A stretch of 64,000 bases of DNA from the IMG/VR virus record IMGVR_UViG_3300026549_000042, positions 53,745 through 117,744 of that record; one strand, given 5' to 3'. The notes beneath the pieces were generated by a model. The model was not told the origin of the DNA, did no database searches, and saw nothing but the letters and a program-made list of their open reading frames with translations. Origin of the DNA: a virus. Its lineage: Duplodnaviria; Heunggongvirae; Uroviricota; Caudoviricetes. The translations under genes and the position numbers were made by a program. Below, piece after piece: positions 57,617 through 64,000 of the stretch (the first letter of the stretch is position 1; the number at the start of each line of letters is the position of its first letter).

Positions 57617-59134
57617 TCATATATTATTTCTTTTTATAATATTAATAAATGCTTTATTTGCTGTATTATTATTTATTAAGCTGTCTTTATATACATAGCA
57701 TTTATATGATTTATTATTTACATTAATAGTGTCTGATGAATTAAAACTACTTAAATCTTTAACATAATTTTGTGCTATACCATTTTCTGTCATATTTAAG
57801 TATAATGAATATCCATCAGGAATTATAACTAACAAATAATCATCCTCTGATAAACCAAATGGATTATATTGTTCTTTATCTACTGATATAGTTTCATATT
57901 TGTTATTACTGTAATCCATAACAGTATATGTATTATCTATTAAATGCCATCCAGTTTCATAAGCACTTTTTATATCTCTATTATATACATCAATTGATTC
58001 TGAATCTAAGAAATGCATTATTTCTTTAATATCTATAGAACTTTCAGAATTCTGAAAGCTTTCAGAAATCTTATTTAATATATTATTATATGTTGTTTCA
58101 TCAATAACATTCTTTCGTTTTGCTTCAAATGCAAATACTTTTAATGATCCAAGCCAATATACATCTTCATTTACACCAGATTCGGTAACATTAATATTTA
58201 GTTTATTTACTAATGTCTTTACTTGTCTTCCATTTACTGAATCACTATAGCTTAAAGATATTGTTAAACTTTCTTCTCCAATATAATTTGGTGTAAATTT
58301 TATTGTTCCACTTTTATTATTTGTAGATGATATTCTATATGAAATATTTCTTGAAGAAGGTATAATAGCTAAATTAGAGGCAATATAGTATTTATCATCA
58401 AATGTATATTTAATAGTGTATTGTTGTCCTTGTTTACATGTAATACTATTTATTGGTAAATTATTACTATCAAATAAATTAATATCTTGAGGAAAACGTT
58501 TAAATGTTACATTGTTTGCTGTTATTACATTAAGTTCAGTGTTTTCTAATTCTACAGAAAAATTAAGTGGAAGTATTATAGAATTATTTGTTGAATCTTC
58601 ATTTATAATACATGGTAATTTTATTGTTCCGTTTCCAATTACACTTGAATCATAATTAAATGTTAAAAAATCTTCATAACTTTCTGGATTATCTTTGTTT
58701 ACATATACAATATTTGGTGTTGATATTGTTTTCTTACCATCACCATTCAGAAATTCAAAAGATATATCAATTTTATTATTTACATTATAAATTATTGGAG
58801 AATTTAATAAATATTCAGAATTTGCTGCGAGTCTCCAATCTTTTATTTCGGATTCAACAAACAAACCAATTACACCATTATCAATCCCTAGTCTAATGAT
58901 GTTTCCTGCAACAGTAATACTATTATTAGTATCATCTATTTTATATATTCCGTATGGCGAACCGTTTTTCCATATTACATTTGTTTCATTTGTTTCATTA
59001 TCTTTATTTCCAAAAAATACTACAAATGGATAATTTAATGATTCGTCTTTTAAAACTGAGTTTTTCAAATCATCAACAAATGCAATTCTTCTCATGTCTG
59101 ATATTATCTTGTTTCCTGTTGTATTATTAGCCAT
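57617..59134 (-). CDS. hypothetical protein (structural module)
   Basis: 505-aa ORF. Confidence 0.55.
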   Translation of the reverse strand: MANNTTGNKIISDMRRIAFVDDLKNSVLKDESLNYPFVVFFGNKDNETNETNVIWKNGSPYGIYKIDDTNNSITVAGNIIRLGIDNGVIGLFVESEIKDWRLAANSEYLLNSPIIYNVNNKIDISFEFLNGDGKKTISTPNIVYVNKDNPESYEDFLTFNYDSSVIGNGTIKLPCIINEDSTNNSIILPLNFSVELENTELNVITANNVTFKRFPQDINLFDSNNLPINSITCKQGQQYTIKYTFDDKYYIASNLAIIPSSRNISYRISSTNNKSGTIKFTPNYIGEESLTISLSYSDSVNGRQVKTLVNKLNINVTESGVNEDVYWLGSLKVFAFEAKRKNVIDETTYNNILNKISESFQNSESSIDIKEIMHFLDSESIDVYNRDIKSAYETGWHLIDNTYTVMDYSNNKYETISVDKEQYNPFGLSEDDYLLVIIPDGYSLYLNMTENGIAQNYVKDLSSFNSSDTINVNNKSYKCYVYKDSLINNNTANKAFINIIKRNNI

Positions 59135-59187
59135 AGTTAATATTTAGTTCTTTATATAATCTATATATTTAATAATATTTTTTTAAG

Positions 59188-60588
59188 TTAACTGGTTAAA
59201 TATTTTGATGGAATCCAATATCTATTAGTATATATTGACATATCATTGTTTGTTGAACTACTATGTGATATTAACTCTAATTTTAAAATACCGTCATTAA
59301 ATCCATTGTTATTTATGAAATATGGTAATCCTTCAATATTATCCGTCAATACTTCATTAACCGCGGTAAATGATACAATATCATCATTTATCTTATACAT
59401 AAATTCTTTAACATCATAACTATTGCTTCTTGTCTTGTCAATATACCAAGCATTCAATATACTATAGTTATTATGATCATACCAAATAGATATTGTCTTA
59501 GTATTGTTTGTTACAGGAATAAATGTATATACTGGCTCACTTTCTAATGAATGATATCTTAATTCAATATTATTCATTTGGTTAACACTTTCGGTAATTT
59601 GATCATCAGTCAAATCATTTAAGTTATCATATGAATATTTTAGTACAGGAACACCATATAATACCGGTATTTCTATATTTATAGTATGATTTTTTATTTT
59701 ATTGAATGATATAGGTACAATTACTGATGATCCATCTTGACCTTCTATTGTAACTGTTTTATATTTAGAACTTGGCGTTTCTAATATTGAAAGTTCAAAT
59801 TTATTAAATAATTCATTTTTACCAAGGTTTACATCATATACAATATCAGTATCATTAAATGTTCTAGATATATAGATTTCAAATTTATTAGAATCTGATG
59901 GATCATATGAAGCATTATATCTAATAATACTTGGATATTCACCATTAGTATTAGATTTGTTTATGATTATATTAATTGATCCTACACCACCACTATCATT
60001 TATTGTCCCATATACTCGGCACTCCATATTACGTAATATTGTCCCTTCAAGTATAGTATCTTCATTACTATATACATTATCATTTGTATCATATATAGTA
60101 TATTCTACATTATCAATTGTTAAGTCATTATAAGTAGGAAGATTAGTATATAAATCTATAAAAGACTTAAGTGGAATATTATATTCATTCTCATAATCAT
60201 CAGTATACACAATATACGTATATGATGAATTTCCTGTTTTGTCTAATTTAGTATCAATTAATTCATTATAATAAGAATATGTTTGATTTTTTATATTGTT
60301 AATGCTATTCCATATATCTGTATATGAATAATTATATGTTGATGCTAAATATGACAATTGATCATATTGGTCTTTTGGAAATCCATACCCGCCAGATATG
60401 AATTTACCTCCAATATATATTTCATAATAATCCTGTTTAGACGGATCTGAATATATAATCATAGATCCAGAATCACTTAAATAACGTATTGAATTTTTGT
60501 TATTAGTGATTATACATTTAAGTGGCTTATTATTTATTTTTGCTAAAGCATTTGAATATGTTATACTTGAATTTGCCATGTTTGCCAT
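59188..60588 (-). CDS. hypothetical protein (structural module)
   Basis: 466-aa ORF, start MANMANSS. Confidence 0.55.
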   Translation of the reverse strand: MANMANSSITYSNALAKINNKPLKCIITNNKNSIRYLSDSGSMIIYSDPSKQDYYEIYIGGKFISGGYGFPKDQYDQLSYLASTYNYSYTDIWNSINNIKNQTYSYYNELIDTKLDKTGNSSYTYIVYTDDYENEYNIPLKSFIDLYTNLPTYNDLTIDNVEYTIYDTNDNVYSNEDTILEGTILRNMECRVYGTINDSGGVGSINIIINKSNTNGEYPSIIRYNASYDPSDSNKFEIYISRTFNDTDIVYDVNLGKNELFNKFELSILETPSSKYKTVTIEGQDGSSVIVPISFNKIKNHTINIEIPVLYGVPVLKYSYDNLNDLTDDQITESVNQMNNIELRYHSLESEPVYTFIPVTNNTKTISIWYDHNNYSILNAWYIDKTRSNSYDVKEFMYKINDDIVSFTAVNEVLTDNIEGLPYFINNNGFNDGILKLELISHSSSTNNDMSIYTNRYWIPSKYLTS

Positions 60589-60600
60589 TAATTATTTTTT

Positions 60601-60707
60601 AACTATTTAAAATTTCATTATTAAATGTTTAATATTTTTAACTATTTAAAATTTCATTATTAAATGTTTAATATTTTTAACTATTTAAAATTTCATTATT
60701 AAATGTT
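60601..60707. repeat. 39-bp tandem repeat, 2 full copies plus 1 partial, duplicating the last 9 codons and stop of the upstream 1075-aa gene
   Basis: aactatttaaaatttcattattaaatgtttaatattttt at 60601-60639 and 60640-60678, partial copy 60679-60707; reverse complement reads ..TFNNEILNS*. Confidence 0.85.
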
Positions 60708-63700
60708 GGTATGTATTCTTCAGAATTAATATCTATAATATTTGTAGAAACAACTATCTTCATAATATAATTATCAATTTGTCTTGTTAATGATGGTTTT
60801 AAGTCAAATGCTAATGTTTTAGTAATTTTTTTGTTGTTTGTATCTGTCAAATAATATTCTAAAAGAATTGGTATAGTAATTGATTCACCAATATTAATCT
60901 TTTTATATTGATTATTTTTGTTGTTGTCACATAATATTTGATTTCTGTTCAATAAATTAGGAATTAAGAATGCTCCTATTAAATTTTCATTATTCCATAT
61001 TCCAGCATTTTGTGCAACAGTTTTTGATTGTGAATTTACTAAATTGCTTAATGATATGTTTTGATCAAGATAAGATATAGTATTGTCACTATTAGTATAA
61101 GGTATATGTTCATACTTTAATATTATGTTGTTATATACAAACTTACTAATATTGTCAGTATCAAAGAAACTAACATTATTTTCAGCAGTATATGTATTAT
61201 AAGCTATTTCATATTTATTATAATTATTTTTTGTAATATTAATACTTTTCCATGTAGGTAAGTTGTTGATTTCTGATCTTTCTCTATATCCTATCAATAA
61301 TTGAGAATTGTCATTTAACATAAATCCTAATATATTGTCTGGGCTTAATGTCAAATCTGTTTTATTATTGAAATTAATAGTATCTAATATATTTTGAGCC
61401 TGATTTACATTATATAATGATTCTCCAGTAAATACATTATTTTGTCTAAAGTATATCCATTGTCCTTGAACTTGTGGAAATACCGATTCTCGCGGATTTT
61501 GAATATTTTCTAACAATAAAGGAACTCTTTCGTAATTACTTATATTGTCATTAAAAAATGATTTTTCGGTATGTATCAATGGTATTTCAATATTACCAGG
61601 GAAAATACTGTACATATTGATTGGCATTGCTCCTGTATTCTTTATTACAAGATTCATATCCTTTCTAACATAATTGTCATATTGAGTATTTACGTTATTG
61701 ATATTTATTGTGTTTAATGTTTCCTTTTTTAATTCAATTACTTTATCATCATATTGTAATAATACTTTATATTCAGAATTAAGTTCATTATTGATATATG
61801 TTTGATATTCAGTAATTTCCTTATCCATATCAATAAGTTTGTCCTTTAATGAGATAAGTTTGTTTTCCTCAGTATTGAATCCAGAATATATATTTTCTGG
61901 CATATGATAGTATACTTGTGAATTATCAATTATCTTATTTGATATATGTTCTTGATATCCACCGTTTATAAGTTCTTTTAAAAATGTACTATTCAATAAG
62001 TCGGTTTCATTTGCTGCTAATATAGAAGATACATCAGTAATATTTGCAGCATCTGATTGTGTATATGATATAGTTACTTCATCAGACCAAGGTGTATATA
62101 AGTTGATGAATGGTTGTCCAATACTATATTTATATCTGATACGTATTACAACATCTTCACCAGCAGAAATTGGAATGTCTATTTGATTCCATTTTATAAT
62201 ATTTGAATTAGTATCATAGTTTACATATTCAATAGTATAGTTATTTGTTATTGAATCAAACTTAAGATATCTTTGTTTTTCAATGTTGTTTACTCTTACC
62301 CAATCAGTAAAGATAGTATTTGAATTGTTTTCAACTGTTGTAGAGTTTTGGTTGATATTTTTATATTTATATTCTACTTCAAGACCAATTAATTGACATT
62401 TTTCTCCATAATTTTCCTTTAAATATGCAACTATTTCTGATTCAGTGCCAGATTCATCAATGTCATTAGCAGATGTAACACCTCTTACTCTATGCTTAAG
62501 TTGATCATATCCAACAATATCATTCTTTATTAAGTCAATATTGTTTATTACTGATAATATTTGTTGTTGATATTTTAGTTTTTCATTATAATAAGTGTCT
62601 AACTGTGTCTTAAGATATGCTTGTGATACTGATGTGTCTAATGAGAAATCTGTATTTACTAATTGATTATATGTAGAATCAATATTTGCATTTATATTTG
62701 ACAATTCATTATTAAGCTCAATTTTTTGCTTATGTAATGCTGCCAAATTACTTGAAATCTCATCATCAACAAGATGTGAATTGATGACTGTCACATTAAG
62801 TACTTCATTATTTTCTTTTCCTAATGTATCAGTAACTAATGTCTTAATAGTCTTTCCAGTTGTAAGTTCTTTAAGTTGTGCATTAGTATATTCATCAATT
62901 TGCGAATAAGATATCTTACCTATACTATAGATAATATCTCCTAAGTTCTTGCAATATTTGTTATAATAGTCAATATATGATAGTTTTGAAGTACCGTCAT
63001 TTATATATATGTTATTTAAATTAAGTTTTATAGCATTTGACCAGTTACTTCTTATATTGTTGTATACAGAACTTACAAATAGTATTATATATGGATTTTC
63101 CTCTAATGGAATGTCAATATATTTTTGTGTAATTGTTTCTGGATCTATATATAAAGTAAAATATACATCATTTTTGTTTTCTGTTGTGTCTAATATAGAA
63201 TGACCGTTAGTTTCTTGTAGTTCAACTATATATTCAACATTATCACCATTGTCATAGTCAGCATATTCATTTATATTAAGAACTTTGAATATATTATACT
63301 TGTCATGTAAAGTAAGTCTATCTCCAATCTTCAATTTGTATTGTATAGAATCATCATTTACATCATAATAGTATAATGTATTTAGTCTTATCTTATATAC
63401 TAATGAGTTAAGATCTTCATTAAATGTTCCTTCTTCAACAATATCTAATATATCAAATTTAGAATTATATTTGACATATTTTACTGGCATTTTTAAGTTA
63501 AAGTCATATTCAGAATAATCAGTACCTTCATTTAACAAATATAGTTTTTCTTTATAACTATTATATGTATCTAAAGTATCATCATTAAAAATATCTGTAA
63601 TTAGACTATCATTATGAAGAACAATTTTCTTTACTATTACTTCATTTATGTTTTCTGGAAGATTAGCAACATTTAGTCTTATGTATGTATTTGGTGAAAC

Positions 63701-63904
63701 AAGATCCTTAAAGAAATTGTTTTCTTTTACAGCAAAATTTGTATTGCTGTCATAAGTTATTTGAGGAATTACTGGAGCAATATCAGAATTCACCATGTTT
63801 AACTTATACATATTAGAGCTCTTAGAGAACCAAGCCTCTCCAGATTTAGGTATACTGAATAAAGATGAAATTGTTGTTTCTATTTCTTCTATTTTATCTT
63901 CCAA
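60677..63904 (-). CDS. large hypothetical structural protein (1075 aa) with central coiled-coil-like segment
   Basis: Longest ORF in the window; N/Y/I-rich; central heptad-like region (..LAALHKQKIELNNELSNINANIDSTYNQL..). Confidence 0.6.
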   Translation of the reverse strand: MEDKIEEIETTISSLFSIPKSGEAWFSKSSNMYKLNMVNSDIAPVIPQITYDSNTNFAVKENNFFKDLVSPNTYIRLNVANLPENINEVIVKKIVLHNDSLITDIFNDDTLDTYNSYKEKLYLLNEGTDYSEYDFNLKMPVKYVKYNSKFDILDIVEEGTFNEDLNSLVYKIRLNTLYYYDVNDDSIQYKLKIGDRLTLHDKYNIFKVLNINEYADYDNGDNVEYIVELQETNGHSILDTTENKNDVYFTLYIDPETITQKYIDIPLEENPYIILFVSSVYNNIRSNWSNAIKLNLNNIYINDGTSKLSYIDYYNKYCKNLGDIIYSIGKISYSQIDEYTNAQLKELTTGKTIKTLVTDTLGKENNEVLNVTVINSHLVDDEISSNLAALHKQKIELNNELSNINANIDSTYNQLVNTDFSLDTSVSQAYLKTQLDTYYNEKLKYQQQILSVINNIDLIKNDIVGYDQLKHRVRGVTSANDIDESGTESEIVAYLKENYGEKCQLIGLEVEYKYKNINQNSTTVENNSNTIFTDWVRVNNIEKQRYLKFDSITNNYTIEYVNYDTNSNIIKWNQIDIPISAGEDVVIRIRYKYSIGQPFINLYTPWSDEVTISYTQSDAANITDVSSILAANETDLLNSTFLKELINGGYQEHISNKIIDNSQVYYHMPENIYSGFNTEENKLISLKDKLIDMDKEITEYQTYINNELNSEYKVLLQYDDKVIELKKETLNTININNVNTQYDNYVRKDMNLVIKNTGAMPINMYSIFPGNIEIPLIHTEKSFFNDNISNYERVPLLLENIQNPRESVFPQVQGQWIYFRQNNVFTGESLYNVNQAQNILDTINFNNKTDLTLSPDNILGFMLNDNSQLLIGYRERSEINNLPTWKSINITKNNYNKYEIAYNTYTAENNVSFFDTDNISKFVYNNIILKYEHIPYTNSDNTISYLDQNISLSNLVNSQSKTVAQNAGIWNNENLIGAFLIPNLLNRNQILCDNNKNNQYKKINIGESITIPILLEYYLTDTNNKKITKTLAFDLKPSLTRQIDNYIMKIVVSTNIIDINSEEYIPTFNNEILNS

Positions 63905-64000
63905 GTATAGAAATGAAGGTATGCGAACAGTTGTATCATCATTTAATGTAATGACAACATCTGGTGTATATGCTGTAAATGCATTATTTATTCCATTAAG
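63905..64000 (-). CDS. 3' end of a further minus-strand gene continuing beyond the window (partial)
   Basis: Open minus-strand frame from the window edge down to the start of the 1075-aa gene; too short to classify. Confidence 0.25.

Noticed and set aside
1905-63203. Numerous short antisense or overlapping ORFs from the six-frame track (e.g. 1905..2126, 2973..3251, 3375..3617, 16655..16983, 18396..18788, 23248..23625, 31386..31757, 32316..32759, 49028..49394, 50714..51064, 53127..54470, 57094..57360, 63009..63203)
   Set aside because: All lie entirely within longer, better-supported ORFs on the opposite strand or in another frame. In AT-rich DNA such open frames arise readily by chance.
1-64000. 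Possible alternative genetic code, as in some large AT-rich gut phages
   Set aside because: Long ORFs (the 2.66-kb terminase gene and the 3.2-kb structural gene, among others) are uninterrupted under the standard code, and gene boundaries pack tightly. There is no sign of stop-codon reassignment.
1-64000. tRNA genes, CRISPR arrays, integrase, recombinase or reverse transcriptase
   Set aside because: I scanned by eye for T-loop-like GGTTCGAAT/GGTTCAAAT contexts with acceptor-stem pairing and for regularly spaced direct repeats, and found neither. No ORF shows integrase, RT or Cas motifs.

Overview
The window is a very AT-rich, gene-dense stretch that looks like part of a large virulent tailed-phage genome (T4-like in organisation). 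Short genes run in alternating strand blocks, separated by perfect-palindrome terminators, and everything reads in the standard genetic code. I found no tRNA, rRNA, CRISPR array, integrase or reverse transcriptase.

The calls I am most sure of:
- **Split anaerobic ribonucleotide reductase gene (nrdD):** an ATP-cone exon, a group I intron carrying a GIY-YIG homing endonuclease, a second exon, then a roughly 2-kb insertion with three unrelated ORFs, then a separately initiated C-terminal fragment that carries the glycyl-radical motif.
- **Activase nrdG:** encoded about 12 kb away on the other strand.
- **Large terminase subunit:** a roughly 229-aa intein sits exactly in the Walker-A P-loop.
- **Glycan-synthesis island:** a GalE-like epimerase, UDP-galactopyranose mutase (glf), a GT2-GT6 fusion protein, two further GT6 (ABO blood-group-like) homologues with NxN in place of DxD, further putative glycosyltransferases, and a CMP-sugar-synthetase-like protein.
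- **Flotillin/SPFH (YqiK-like) gene** paired with an NfeD-like membrane protein.
- **Compact, divergent MetK (SAM synthetase) homologue** next to a metallophosphoesterase.
- **Phosphoesterases and methyltransferases:** a DHH phosphoesterase, an orphan beta-class DNA methyltransferase, and a second methyltransferase-like protein.
- **Dockerin/EF-hand-like module protein.**
- **Structural (tail/baseplate-like) block at 50-64 kb:** contains in-frame simple-sequence repeats, and a 39-bp triplication of one gene's 3' end.

A GC-rich, structured-looking non-coding region ending in a strong terminator (about 4.38-4.69 kb) is a candidate ncRNA. Hypothetical ORFs are reported with modest confidence. 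Every function is inferred from motif-level similarity that I recognised by eye; no database search was possible.
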